A DNA stretch of 64,000 nt from Anaerolineae bacterium (GTDB lineage Bacteria > Chloroflexota > Anaerolineae > UBA1429). The stretch lies in the NCBI GenBank assembly GCA_963675785.1, contig OY776562.1, positions 928,001-992,000 of the forward strand, in the 5' to 3' direction. The stretch's first letter is position 1. Every line of letters begins with the position of its first letter. The notes under the pieces were generated by a model, which ran no database searches, was not told where the DNA came from, and saw only the letters and a program-made list of their open reading frames with translations. The translations under genes and the position numbers were made by a program. Positions 54,299-64,000 of the stretch are shown in pieces.

Positions 54299-55354
54299 TC
54301 ATTGCAGATGCTCTGGCGAAACTGTATTTTGGGTCGTTGCAGCTTGAGCAGCTTTTTCTTCTGCTTGATACTGTTGTTCGGCGATAAAACGCTCGGCTTC
54401 CATAGCTGCTGCAGCGCCAGTTCCAGCAGCGATTACAGTCTGCCTAAAGTTCGGATCCTGCACGTCGCCGGCGGCATAGATGCCTGGCAAAGTAGTCCGT
54501 TGGCGTTTGTCGGTTAGAATATAACCATCGGGCGTGAGCTCTAATTTGCCATCAATGAGGGCAACGTTGGGGCGAAAGCCGATGTAAACAAATATGCCGT
54601 CTGCCGGAATAACCTGCGTCTCGTCCGTCTTGTTATTGCGCACGCGTATCCCAGTTACGGTATCATCCCCCAATACTTCTTCAACTTCGGAATCCCAGAC
54701 GAACTCCATTTTGGGATTGGCAAAGGCGCGTTGTTGCAGCAAAGCATTAGCTCGCAATGTGTCGCGGCGATGCACGACGGTTACCTTGCTGGCAAAGCGG
54801 GTGAGGTAAAGACCTTCGTCGATTGCACTGTCTCCGCCGCCTACCACAACAATGGGGCGATCGCGGTAGAAATAACCATCGCAGGTGGCACAGAAGGATA
54901 CACCACGTCCGATGAATTGGGATTCGCCGGGTACGCCCAACTTGCGTGGCGCGGCACCGGTGCACAGGATGATCGCCTTGGTGCGGTAGGTTGCACCATA
55001 AGTTCTGACGATGTACGGGTAGACCGTTTCGTCGATTTCGGTGACAACCTCATAGACAAGCTCGGCACCAAATTTGATGGCCTGTTTGGCAATGGATTCT
55101 GCCAGAGCCATGCCGTTAATGCCATCAGCGAACCCTGGATAGTTTTCCATCTCGTTACTGGTAGCTGCCTGCCCACCAAACGCTTGCCCAAGAAGCACAA
55201 GTGGCTTAAGCTGAGCACGACCACCATAAATGGCCGCCGTGAGTCCCGCCGGTCCGCCGCCGATAATGATGAGCTCACGATCGATAATGCGTTCTTTTGG
55301 CTCTTCAGCACTTTCCGTATCTGCCAGGTTGAGTGATAGTGTGATTTCGTCCAT
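54299..55354 (-). CDS. trxB: Thioredoxin-disulfide reductase
   Basis: GGGPAGLTAAIY, ENYPG, GVSFCATCDG, GGGDSA, HRRD, AAGDV. Confidence 0.95.
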   Translation of the reverse strand: MDEITLSLNLADTESAEEPKERIIDRELIIIGGGPAGLTAAIYGGRAQLKPLVLLGQAFGGQAATSNEMENYPGFADGINGMALAESIAKQAIKFGAELVYEVVTEIDETVYPYIVRTYGATYRTKAIILCTGAAPRKLGVPGESQFIGRGVSFCATCDGYFYRDRPIVVVGGGDSAIDEGLYLTRFASKVTVVHRRDTLRANALLQQRAFANPKMEFVWDSEVEEVLGDDTVTGIRVRNNKTDETQVIPADGIFVYIGFRPNVALIDGKLELTPDGYILTDKRQRTTLPGIYAAGDVQDPNFRQTVIAAGTGAAAAMEAERFIAEQQYQAEEKAAQAATTQNTVSPEHLQ

Positions 55355-55387
55355 AAAAGCCTCCCGGTGGAATAAGAGTTATCTATA

Positions 55388-55446
55388 TACCCATAGGGGG
55401 TACCCTTATCCATGGCTATTGTAACACCCCCTAATCATTCTGTCAA
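55388..55446 (-). promoter_or_regulatory. trxB promoter with a downstream CsoR-type operator
   Basis: Minus strand TTGACA-17-TACAAT (55446-55418); TACCCATAGGGGGTA at 55388-55402. Confidence 0.65.
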
Positions 55447-55477
55447 TGTTAACACAAATGTGCTTGGAGGGTCTACC

Positions 55478-56179
55478 TTGCGAGAGATACTACTGGTGGA
55501 AGATAACGCCCAACTTGCCTCGACCATTCTCGATCAGCTGAGCAAAGAGGGCTATGCTGCGCGTTGGGCTGCCGACGGGCTGGAGGCCTTGGCGATGTTT
55601 CGCCGCGCCGAACCAGACCTGATCCTTTTGGATTGGATGTTACCCAAACTAAGCGGGCTAGATGTGCTCAAGCAAATTCGGACGATCTCTCCGGTTCCTG
55701 TATTGATGTTGACGGCTCGAACCGACGAAACTGACAGGGTGGTGGGCCTAGAACTGGGTGCCGATGACTATGTGGCCAAGCCCTTTGGCATGCGCGAACT
55801 ATTGGCCCGGATCCGGGCTCTGTTTCGCCGATTGGAGCATGTGCAGCAGATCGTTGCCGGAGATCGCTTGGGGGTTTTTCAGACGGTTGAATACCAAGGC
55901 CGATTACGCCTTGAACCCGATGGGTATGAAGCATACTTGGATAGCGAACGGCTCGATCTGACACGTACCGAGTTTGATTTGCTGGTATTGTTAGCCAGCA
56001 ATCCGGGAAGGGCCTTTAGCCGGGATTATTTGATCGAAGTGGTTTGGGGTGAGACGCGTGTGACGGGCGATCGCTCCGTTGATAACGCCATGTCGCGCTT
56101 GCGGCGCAAGCTCGGCGATCTTGGCGAGGCAATCGAGGCGGTTTGGGGCGTTGGGTACAGATTAAGGCGGGAGCTGTGA
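55478..56179 (+). CDS. OmpR/PhoB family response regulator
   Basis: TTG start after GGAGG; LVED, LDWMLP, LTAR, GADDYVAKPF, VWGVGY. Confidence 0.92.
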   Translation: MREILLVEDNAQLASTILDQLSKEGYAARWAADGLEALAMFRRAEPDLILLDWMLPKLSGLDVLKQIRTISPVPVLMLTARTDETDRVVGLELGADDYVAKPFGMRELLARIRALFRRLEHVQQIVAGDRLGVFQTVEYQGRLRLEPDGYEAYLDSERLDLTRTEFDLLVLLASNPGRAFSRDYLIEVVWGETRVTGDRSVDNAMSRLRRKLGDLGEAIEAVWGVGYRLRREL

Positions 56180-57720
56180 CGAAGAAACAGAATTGGGTCT
56201 CTCGGGTTTCAAGTGCTCTCTTGTTGCGAGTTAGCCCACTCCAGGCGCTTTTGGAGGGGGTTGCTTTTCTTGTATTGGCACTGACACTCTTGGTGCTGGG
56301 CTATGAGACTCTTGGCGAACATACCTACTCACAGATGGCGCTTTTTAGTGGCTGTGTTGCGGCTGCCTGGAGCGCATTACGCCTGCGGTTGCACAATGCG
56401 AGATTTTGGCGGCTTGTGTGGCGAGAGATTTTTATTGCCGGCGGTCTCACGCTCCTGATGCTCATGAGCTATGCACTCGTCGCCAAATATGATGCGGGCT
56501 TGAATTCTGGTGCGACCCTTAGCTCGGATGGTGTGTTCGCTGTTATCCTCTCTATTATGGTCTACAGTGGCTTGCGCGTGCTGCTTTATGTGGTGATGGC
56601 GCTCAAGCGCGGCGTCGAATCTCGGCTCTTTTGGTCTTTGGTCAGTGTGCAACTCGAGATCGTGGTGGTTGCTGCACTCGCTGTGGCTGTTTTTGTGGGT
56701 ATCGGGGGCATTCTAGTCTCAGGCGACGATTTCTTTGATGCTTTTCTATTTACATCCCTACCTTCTGCAGGGATCATCATCGTACTAGCAGGTGGTTTGA
56801 TGGTGTGCCTGTTGCCATTTGCCGCCTTGGTTTCCGCGCTCAGTGTAAGGCGCATTGTAGGCCGTATAGAAGGCTTGGCCGTTGTTGCCAGGCAAATGAG
56901 TGAAGGGGACCTCTCAGTACGTGTAGATGTTATCGGAACGGATGAGATTGCTTCTATGCAGCAGAGCTTTAACGATATGGCTGCAAAGCTGGAACAGGCC
57001 ATGCATGATCTGGCTGATGAACGGGATCATGTGAGTACCCTGTTGGAAACCCGACGTGATCTCTATGCAAAGGTCTCTCACGAGCTGCGAACGCCAGTTA
57101 CCATTATTCGCAGTAAACTCGAGGCACTTCAGACTGGTGCACCTTCCGAAGAGACATATCGCGAATCAGTGGAACAGCTTTTGACGGAGACGTTGCGTTT
57201 ACAGCGTTTGATCGACGATGTGTTCGATCTTTCTCGTTCTCAAGCGAACGGGCTTTTACTCCAAATGAGAGAACTTGACATAAATGATATTCTTCAGGAG
57301 CGCTGCCAAACGTTAGGCACGATGGCCTGGGAACGTTACAAAGTTACCCTAAATTGTAGTGGTGAATTGGGGCTGCAGGCCCGATTGGACAAGCAGCGTT
57401 TCGAACAAATACTGGTCAACCTCATCATGAATGCGTTGCGCCATACATCACCCGGCGGCATTGTCTCTTTGAGTGTAGAACGGCAAGGGGAGCAGATTGT
57501 CGTGCGCGTTGCTGATACTGGCGACGGCATACCCCCTGATGAGCTGAACAGGGTGTGGAAGCCTTTTTATCGCGGAATATCGGACGAGGATGTTGAAACT
57601 GGCTCTGGGCTTGGGCTTGCTATTGTGCACGAGATGACTCTGGCTATGCAGGGTTCAGTTAGTGTGACCAGTGAGGTGGGCAAGGGCACAGAGTTCACCT
57701 TGGCTTTTCCAGCTATTTAG
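56176..57720 (+). CDS. Membrane sensor histidine kinase with HAMP
   Basis: About 6 TM, DEI..M..SFN.MA, SHELRTP, NALRH, DTGDGI, GSGLGL. Confidence 0.9.
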   Translation: MTKKQNWVSRVSSALLLRVSPLQALLEGVAFLVLALTLLVLGYETLGEHTYSQMALFSGCVAAAWSALRLRLHNARFWRLVWREIFIAGGLTLLMLMSYALVAKYDAGLNSGATLSSDGVFAVILSIMVYSGLRVLLYVVMALKRGVESRLFWSLVSVQLEIVVVAALAVAVFVGIGGILVSGDDFFDAFLFTSLPSAGIIIVLAGGLMVCLLPFAALVSALSVRRIVGRIEGLAVVARQMSEGDLSVRVDVIGTDEIASMQQSFNDMAAKLEQAMHDLADERDHVSTLLETRRDLYAKVSHELRTPVTIIRSKLEALQTGAPSEETYRESVEQLLTETLRLQRLIDDVFDLSRSQANGLLLQMRELDINDILQERCQTLGTMAWERYKVTLNCSGELGLQARLDKQRFEQILVNLIMNALRHTSPGGIVSLSVERQGEQIVVRVADTGDGIPPDELNRVWKPFYRGISDEDVETGSGLGLAIVHEMTLAMQGSVSVTSEVGKGTEFTLAFPAI

Positions 57721-57728
57721 CATTTTCC

Positions 57729-57766
57729 AGAGGGCCGCAAGCAGATTCTGCTTGCGGCCCTCTTTT
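57729..57766 (+). terminator. Intrinsic terminator
   Basis: AGAGGGCCGCAAGCAG-att-CTGCTTGCGGCCCTCTTTT. Confidence 0.85.
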
Positions 57767-57854
57767 GTTGCGACAGTTTTGACACAGTTTCTACAAACTT
57801 TTGCGATATGCCTGTTCTATTCTTAATCTGTTGATTCGATGCAGGAGGTTCGAT

Positions 57855-58814
57855 ATGTACGAACAGGCAATTGTTACCAACCATCTTTGTAAATGGTTTG
57901 GTGATGTGGTCGCCGTGGATAATGTCTCACTCAATGTGCCCGCCGGCAGTGTTTATGCTTTTCTGGGCCCCAATGGCGCTGGCAAGACAACGACGATCCG
58001 CATGTTACTGGGTCTCATCAAGCCAACGGGCGGCGACGTAAGTATGCTGGGCGAGATCAGACCTTCTCGCCCACGGCGGGGTTTGGCCAGAGTGGGCTCT
58101 CTTGTCGAGTCGCCCTCTATCTATGGCCATCTGACAGGGCGCGAGAACATAGAAGTCCTGCGCCGTCTTGCGGATTATCCGGTAGGGGATGTCGATCGCG
58201 TACTGACTACTGTTGGGTTGCAGGATGTCGCTGACCGTAAGGCTAAAACCTATTCCTTGGGTATGAAACAGCGCTTGGGCGTGGCTGAGGCCTTGCTGGG
58301 GGATCCTGTGCTGTTGCTTTTGGATGAACCTTCGAATGGCCTGGACCCGGCTGGTATGCGTGAGATACGCGATCTGATTCGTCAATTGGCTCGTGAGCAG
58401 GGCATCACTGTCTTTCTTAGTACCCATTTGCTTACCGAAGTCGAGCAGGTAGCAACGGATGTGGCGGTTATTCGTCAAGGAAGTCTCTTGTACCAGGGTA
58501 CGCTGGCTGATTTGCGAAATCAATCGACCAGCATGTTGGCCATACGTTGTGGCAATGTGCCAAAGGCTAAACAAGTCCTGGACGCACTGGGTTGGAATGT
58601 ACAAGCAGATGAAACAGGCAAGTTGCTTGTCGAGGCACATTCACCTTCTGATGCAGCTCTTGTGAACCGCCAACTCGTTCAGGCTGATGTCGCCGTTTGG
58701 GAGTTGGAACTTCAAGTCCCTGATCTGGAGCACGTTTTCATGTCGCTGGTTGGGGATCAGCCTGAACCAGTTACCACTCGTCGTGTTCATCTGCCCGCAC
58801 CAAGTTTCAATTAG
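57855..58814 (+). CDS. ABC ATP-binding protein, LanF/BcrA-like
   Basis: GPNGAGKT, VESPSIYGHLTGREN, YSLGMKQRL, DEPSNGLDP. Confidence 0.88.
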   Translation: MYEQAIVTNHLCKWFGDVVAVDNVSLNVPAGSVYAFLGPNGAGKTTTIRMLLGLIKPTGGDVSMLGEIRPSRPRRGLARVGSLVESPSIYGHLTGRENIEVLRRLADYPVGDVDRVLTTVGLQDVADRKAKTYSLGMKQRLGVAEALLGDPVLLLLDEPSNGLDPAGMREIRDLIRQLAREQGITVFLSTHLLTEVEQVATDVAVIRQGSLLYQGTLADLRNQSTSMLAIRCGNVPKAKQVLDALGWNVQADETGKLLVEAHSPSDAALVNRQLVQADVAVWELELQVPDLEHVFMSLVGDQPEPVTTRRVHLPAPSFN

Positions 58815-58823
58815 GAGAATATC

Positions 58824-59573
58824 ATGCAAGATATGTTACGCGCTTTACGTTCTGAACTCTTAAAGACCAAAAACTCGCTAGCTCTGTGGATGTCTTTTAT
58901 CGCCCCTCTTGCTATTGTAGGTTTGGTATTCTTGGTCGAATGGAATCAGCCGTCATCGCGGGGGGCTGAGTCATGGATGTGGCATGGACAATCGGTGATG
59001 ACTTATTGGACCTTGCTTTTGCTGACGATGTTCATTTCCTTGGAATGTGCTTTGCTTGCCGGTTTGGATCACCAGAGTGACCATTGGAAGACGCTGTTTT
59101 CATTGCCGGTATCGCGCAAGGCCATCTATTGGGCAAAAATCGTCACCGTCGCCTTACTCGTTGGGATTGCCACGGTTGTATTGGTAGCGGGGACAATTGT
59201 CTCTGGTGTTTTGTTGCGCCTGCTTACACCGGGCATGGGGTTTGAATCTATGCCACCGATAAGTACCTTTGCGCTCTATGGCGCTTATATATACGTGGCT
59301 GCTTTGTTGATCATGGCCATTCATACTTGGATCGCTATTCGTTGGAGTAGTTTTGTCGTCAATATGGGCGTAGGGATCGTCATGATGGTCGCGGCGGCTT
59401 TTGTCATTATGAGTGAATATGCTCCCTATTTCCCCTGGAGCATGCCCTTTCTGTTTGGCAACGGGATGATATCGGGTGACGTTTACCCCAATCTCTTGTG
59501 GGTTAGTTCGATCGGGTTTGTAGTTCTCGGTCTGTTGGGCAGTATGCACGTCGCCCATCGCGATGTGAACTAA
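58824..59573 (+). CDS. ABC permease, LanE/LanG-like
   Basis: RSELLKTKNS, WKTLFSLPVSR..IY.AK, YFPWS. Confidence 0.85.
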   Translation: MQDMLRALRSELLKTKNSLALWMSFIAPLAIVGLVFLVEWNQPSSRGAESWMWHGQSVMTYWTLLLLTMFISLECALLAGLDHQSDHWKTLFSLPVSRKAIYWAKIVTVALLVGIATVVLVAGTIVSGVLLRLLTPGMGFESMPPISTFALYGAYIYVAALLIMAIHTWIAIRWSSFVVNMGVGIVMMVAAAFVIMSEYAPYFPWSMPFLFGNGMISGDVYPNLLWVSSIGFVVLGLLGSMHVAHRDVN

Positions 59574-59584
59574 CAGTTTTTGAA

Positions 59585-59617
59585 GAGCCCCCGCACAACG
59601 TGCGAGGGCTTTTTTTA
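59585..59617 (+). terminator. Intrinsic terminator
   Basis: AGCCCCCGCAC-aac-GTGCGAGGGCT followed by a T-run. Confidence 0.7.
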
Positions 59618-59736
59618 GTTGATAAGCAACTCAGTTTCGTTTACCATGTTTGTGTGATAGCTATTCGGGAGCTTTTAGTTGCGAGGCCCGGCAAGCTCTG
59701 GTTGTTAGCCAAGTGTGAATCTGCGAGAGAGGATGT

Positions 59737-62241
59737 TTGAGGCATTTTGCAGTTTCTCTTATTTTGCCAGATCCAAGAACCCCAAAACCCTGTTCGTATA
59801 TGGCTGAAAGGCTGGATGGGTTGGAAGTGATTCTCAGAAACACAAATGATCAAGAGATCAAAGATGAGCTTCAATGGGAACTCGACGTGCAGCGGGCTAT
59901 CTCTGCTTTGGCTCATGCTGCGCTAGAGCTACACCTTGATCTCCGAGCGTTGGGCGAAATGACTGCAACAGCTATGCGCGAGCTTACGGATGGGCAGGTT
60001 GATCTTTTGGTGATGCCACTTGTTTGCGGAATGGGCCAAGTTCCCGATTTAACACCCTCTTGTCCTGGTAATTGTAATTTCAATGTTTGTTTGCGTGCGG
60101 CAGAAACTATGAAACCTGCCAGTTCATTTTCCTTTGATGATAAAAACTGTGATCATGTGTGCTTGTGTGTGCCATCTGTGGCCAAAGGAAGAGAACTCGT
60201 TGCCATCTTTCGGGTACTAGGCTCATCCGTTTTTTCAGAACGTCAGATAAATGCCTGCGAAAGCCTCGCAGATATCTATGCACTTGGCACTCAACGAGTT
60301 CAAGCAGAACAAGCGGCAGAATTGGAACAAAGCCGTTCTCGTGCTTATTTTGACACGGCCGCTTTGATTATGGTCGTTCTAGATTGCGATATGCGCATCT
60401 TGGCGCTTAATCGCTATGCCGCGCATCTCTTGGGAGTGAGTGAAGCTGACGTTTTGGGGGAGAATTGGGTAGAGCGCTTTGTGCCTCAAGCCGAGCAGCA
60501 GATCGTTCAAGAGGCTATCTCTGCGTTTATATCGGGCGTTTCTGGCGAGGCCGCTTATCGAGCTAACTCGCTAATCTCTGCAGATGGGCAGATTCGAAAG
60601 ATCGCTTGGCACAATGCGCGTTTCTATGATTCTGAAGGCCAAGTGCTTTATCTAGTTGCTTCTGGCAATGATGTTACCGATCAGATCTTGGCTGAAGATG
60701 CACTGAGGGATTCCGAGTTCAAATTCCGTTCCTTGTTTGAACAGAGTCGTGATGGCTTGTTGACGATGGATGCAAACCAACGTATTGAAACTGCCAACGA
60801 TGCTTTTTTATCGATGGTGGCACTTGATTCTGATCAAGTTCTCGATCGCGTTTTAACAGATTTGATTCCACCATCTTGGAGGCAGACCCACAAGAGGCAT
60901 TTTGATCAAGTTCTTTCAGGTATAGATCGTATCGAACCTTATGAGATAGAGCTGCTCAGAAATCAGGGTACAACAATTCCGGTCTCTATGACACTGTGGT
61001 CAGAAAAGGACGCGACTGGCCATATCGTGCGTTTTGTGGCAAGCGCACGCGATATTTCGGTAAGACAGCGGCTCGAGCGGCAGTTGCGAGAATCTTCACG
61101 TATGGAAGCAATTGGTCGCCTGGCTGGTGGTATTGCTCACGATTTCAACAATCTCTTGATGATCATCAACAACTGCGCTGCCTTTGTTGCAGAAAGAACC
61201 GGTGAAGATGATCCCGTTATGCGTGATGTGCTGGATATTCTGCAGGCTGGCCAGCGTGCCGCTGATTTAACCCAACAGCTACTTGCTTTTGGCAGGCAGC
61301 AGGTGTTGGAGATGACCCCACTGCAGATCAACAATATCGTGCTCGATACCATAAGGATGCTTGAGCGCGTACTGGGTGAAGATGTATCTTTGCAGGTGGA
61401 ATTGGATGAAGACGTCCCCACAGTCCTGTCTGATCGCGGCCAGATAAGCGAGATTCTGATCAATCTGGCCATTAACGCACGTGAGGCTATGCCGCGCGGC
61501 GGCAAACTAATTATCAAAACAGGCATGGCTGAAATTCAGCCTGAATCACGGTTATGCGCTCAGGGCGTTAAACCGGGCGGCTATGTCTATCTATCTATGG
61601 CTGATACAGGTGTGGGCATGCTCCCCGAAATTCGGGAGCATATCTTTGAGCCTTTCTTTACGACAAAACAAACCGGCACAGGCCTCGGGCTGGCCACCGT
61701 CTATGGCATCGTCACGCAAATGGGTGGGGCGGTTGATGTACAAAGCACCGTTGGTGAAGGAACCATTATTACACTGCATTTGCCAGTCCATCGCGGAGAG
61801 ATTGAAGAGACCCTGCCAGATGCGCCAGTGTCTGTTAGATCACATGAGGGCCGGGTTATCCTTCTGGTAGAAGACAGCCCTTCGGTTCGTACGATAACAA
61901 CACGCATGCTGCGCTCGGTTGGGTATGTGGTTATTGAAAAGCAGAGTCCTCAAGAAGCCTTGCGGATTGTCAAAGGCGGGCTGGTTGATATCGATCTGGT
62001 ATTGACTGATGTTGTCATGCCGGATCTTGATGGGACCGAGTTTGCGATCCAGTTGGCAGAGATTGAGCCGAGATTGCCGATTTTGTTCATGTCAGGGTAT
62101 ACAGATTCAGCGCTAAAGCGGTACGGGGCTGAATTCAGACATACGAGTCTCATCAACAAACCTTTTACGCGCACTTCTCTCATAGAACACATTGAGCGCG
62201 CTATTTCCCAATTAGAAATTGAAAAAGACATTGAGAGATAG
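59737..62241 (+). CDS. Cytoplasmic hybrid sensor kinase (GAF-like, 2x PAS, HisKA, HATPase, REC); start uncertain
   Basis: [46 protein letters not shown]. Confidence 0.9.
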   Translation: MRHFAVSLILPDPRTPKPCSYMAERLDGLEVILRNTNDQEIKDELQWELDVQRAISALAHAALELHLDLRALGEMTATAMRELTDGQVDLLVMPLVCGMGQVPDLTPSCPGNCNFNVCLRAAETMKPASSFSFDDKNCDHVCLCVPSVAKGRELVAIFRVLGSSVFSERQINACESLADIYALGTQRVQAEQAAELEQSRSRAYFDTAALIMVVLDCDMRILALNRYAAHLLGVSEADVLGENWVERFVPQAEQQIVQEAISAFISGVSGEAAYRANSLISADGQIRKIAWHNARFYDSEGQVLYLVASGNDVTDQILAEDALRDSEFKFRSLFEQSRDGLLTMDANQRIETANDAFLSMVALDSDQVLDRVLTDLIPPSWRQTHKRHFDQVLSGIDRIEPYEIELLRNQGTTIPVSMTLWSEKDATGHIVRFVASARDISVRQRLERQLRESSRMEAIGRLAGGIAHDFNNLLMIINNCAAFVAERTGEDDPVMRDVLDILQAGQRAADLTQQLLAFGRQQVLEMTPLQINNIVLDTIRMLERVLGEDVSLQVELDEDVPTVLSDRGQISEILINLAINAREAMPRGGKLIIKTGMAEIQPESRLCAQGVKPGGYVYLSMADTGVGMLPEIREHIFEPFFTTKQTGTGLGLATVYGIVTQMGGAVDVQSTVGEGTIITLHLPVHRGEIEETLPDAPVSVRSHEGRVILLVEDSPSVRTITTRMLRSVGYVVIEKQSPQEALRIVKGGLVDIDLVLTDVVMPDLDGTEFAIQLAEIEPRLPILFMSGYTDSALKRYGAEFRHTSLINKPFTRTSLIEHIERAISQLEIEKDIER

Positions 62242-62259
62242 GTTTTGCTGCGGTATAAT
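62231..62259 (+). promoter_or_regulatory. Sigma70 promoter
   Basis: TTGAGA-17-TATAAT. Confidence 0.55.
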
Positions 62260-62332
62260 GGGGTTGAGGGTACGGCGTAGTATCCCACCAACAAGACGTC
62301 GTCGATGATGATCGAATGGCAAGGAGAGAGCC

Positions 62333-63160
62333 ATGGTAGAAGACTTGAAAGCTTGGAGCGACGACCGCGATGAGATAGGGCACGAGAGCCAGTGGGAAAG
62401 AATGGGAGGCTCGATCTCTCAGGAGATCCGGCTCTTTGTCCATGTTCACTATTTGCAAAAGTATCTGAAGGGGAATGAGCGCGTTCTCGAAATTGGAGCA
62501 GGTCGCGGCCGCTTTACTGGCGAACTTGCCCATCTCTGCAGTGAGCTGACTGTTGCGGACATTTCTTCTGAAAAGCTCGAGTTGAACAAGCGTAACGCTT
62601 TGGCACTTGGCTATGTTGACAAGGTCAAAGAGTGGGTGCAGAGCGATGTGTTGGATCTATCAGCTTTTGCGGACGAGAGTTTTGATGCGGTTGTCTGTTA
62701 CGGGGGCCCAATCAGTTATGTAACGGATCGGCGCGACAAGGCGCTCAAAGAGTTACGGCGCGTCACTCGGCGCGGTGGATTGCTCTTTATCAGTGTGATG
62801 AGCCTGTGGGGGCGCTTGCATGCGCATTTCCCCGAGATTCTTCAGGATGATCCTCGACTGCTCAGGGAGATCATAGCCACAGGTGATATTGGCCCGGATG
62901 CGGTGGCAGTAGCCAGCAATTTCTACCACGCATTCCGCCCAGAAGAGCTTGAGAAGTTCATAAATACTCATGGGCTCGTTACAAAAGAGATGGCAGCAAG
63001 TGATTGTTTGACCAGCACGTGGGTGAATATGCTCAAAGCCTGGCGAGGGGAGCCCAAAGCATGGGATATCCTTTTGGAGATGGAGCTACAGGCCGCATCT
63101 CAACCTGGATGCGTGGGCATGGGTAGCCGAATCATTGCTGTGGCGGCTCGTCCCGAATAG
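62333..63160 (+). CDS. Class I SAM-dependent methyltransferase
   Basis: VLEIGAGRGRF, ADIS, SFDAVVCYGGPISY. Confidence 0.88.
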   Translation: MVEDLKAWSDDRDEIGHESQWERMGGSISQEIRLFVHVHYLQKYLKGNERVLEIGAGRGRFTGELAHLCSELTVADISSEKLELNKRNALALGYVDKVKEWVQSDVLDLSAFADESFDAVVCYGGPISYVTDRRDKALKELRRVTRRGGLLFISVMSLWGRLHAHFPEILQDDPRLLREIIATGDIGPDAVAVASNFYHAFRPEELEKFINTHGLVTKEMAASDCLTSTWVNMLKAWRGEPKAWDILLEMELQAASQPGCVGMGSRIIAVAARPE

Positions 63161-63184
63161 GTCACCAGATACGAATGAACCATC

Positions 63185-63221
63185 AGCTCCGCGCCAAGAT
63201 CGCTTTCGGCGCGGAGCTTTA
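63185..63221. terminator. Hairpin terminator between convergent genes
   Basis: AGCTCCGCGCC...GGCGCGGAGCT followed by TT. Confidence 0.65.
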
Positions 63222-64000
63222 TTCTGTCTCGGATTCCTGGCGCAACTTTTCAAAGGCTTTGCGCATTGCAGGCGTATCGAACTGCTTCCACAGGGAGGGG
63301 AAGGTTTTGACGCGCTGAGATACCTCATCACGGCATATTTTGCGAAAAGTGCTGCACGCCCGCCAGACAGCGGGCTGGTTTTCCTGATCAATGTCTTGCT
63401 CTTGCACAAAGGAATCGACCAGGGCAATGGATACACTGGCATCGTGCATCTCACCAAGGTGATCCTGCAGAGTCGTGAGTCTTGGTATTGCCGCGGCAAC
63501 CTTGGCCGGGAGTATCTCTTGATAGAATTCAAGCGCATAACGCAGCTTTTTGCAATCGATCCGTAAGGCGTGCAAAAGGGGAATTGTCGCGTTATCCAGA
63601 ACCTCTGAATATCTTTGGACAGTGCCATAGTGGATATAGATAAATGGCGTGACCATCTGAAGACCAGTTGGCCCCTCTAGTTCGGCAGTCTTGTTGAGCG
63701 CTGCAAGCAGCGAATCTATTGCCTCAAGTGTTTCTGCAAAGGCAGGAGAATCGAGATGCGCTAAAAGGCGTTCTCGCGCTTGTTGCCGGGCTGTGTACAA
63801 GTTACTGAGGAGCGTAGCCAAGTCCTGCGCCTCGGTGGAATCCTGAGCTGTGTGATGCAGCAGTCGTTCCAGCGCCACGTCCAGATCTCGCACATCGCCG
63901 AGCACGCGCGCCGTATTGTAAAGCGCCGCAGAAGTTCTAACGGTTTCCGGGCAATCGATGATTCCGCCGAACAATTGCAGGAATGAGCGCATACGGCGTG
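63219..64000 (-). CDS. CHAD-domain protein, C-terminal part (5' end outside window)
   Basis: RRMRS, LGDVRDLDV, LHALRIDCKKLRYALE, LQDHLGEMHD. Confidence 0.88.
   Translation of the reverse strand, partial: RRMRSFLQLFGGIIDCPETVRTSAALYNTARVLGDVRDLDVALERLLHHTAQDSTEAQDLATLLSNLYTARQQARERLLAHLDSPAFAETLEAIDSLLAALNKTAELEGPTGLQMVTPFIYIHYGTVQRYSEVLDNATIPLLHALRIDCKKLRYALEFYQEILPAKVAAAIPRLTTLQDHLGEMHDASVSIALVDSFVQEQDIDQENQPAVWRACSTFRKICRDEVSQRVKTFPSLWKQFDTPAMRKAFEKLRQESETE

Noticed and set aside
33283-59617. Similar CGCAC...GTGCG hairpins at 33283 and 59585 as a REP/MITE family
   Set aside because: Short similarity, only two copies, both adequately explained as terminators
1-64000. rRNA, tRNA, CRISPR arrays, transposases, integrases, known anti-phage systems
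   Set aside because: No diagnostic motifs seen; the many other short ORFs in the track are alternative-frame shadows of the called genes

Overview
Bacterial chromosome segment, probably an anaerobic Chloroflexota (Anaerolineae-like) organism; this is inferred from gene content and protein style only. The backbone carries a liv-type ABC operon with an amidohydrolase, a Crp/ferredoxin/hcp module, a UroD-family/sulfatase catabolic operon, a chrA pair, msrB, rhaM, znuA, Fur plus a Nik/Opp-type transporter, a DUF2089-SHOCT/pentapeptide-Toastrack operon, multidrug ABC pumps, trxB and several two-component systems. The main result is an AT-richer, Clostridia-like island of about 9.5 kb (about 20,760-30,230) that splits a now-decayed RNase Z-like metallo-beta-lactamase gene into two recognisable halves. 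The island holds a LytS-type kinase, a REC/SARP-type regulator with a candidate 11-bp-periodic binding site, and a 1918-aa LamG/Listeria-Bacteroides-repeat surface protein with three near-identical 603-bp units. It also holds relics of a probable mobilisation gene and an att-like end hairpin. Several regulatory motifs can be read directly: a shared CsoR-type box at msrB and trxB, a perfect CRP/HcpR box, a triple TetR operator and a candidate DUF2089 operator. No rRNA, tRNA, CRISPR array, integrase or transposase was found. All family assignments come from motif recognition, not database searches.
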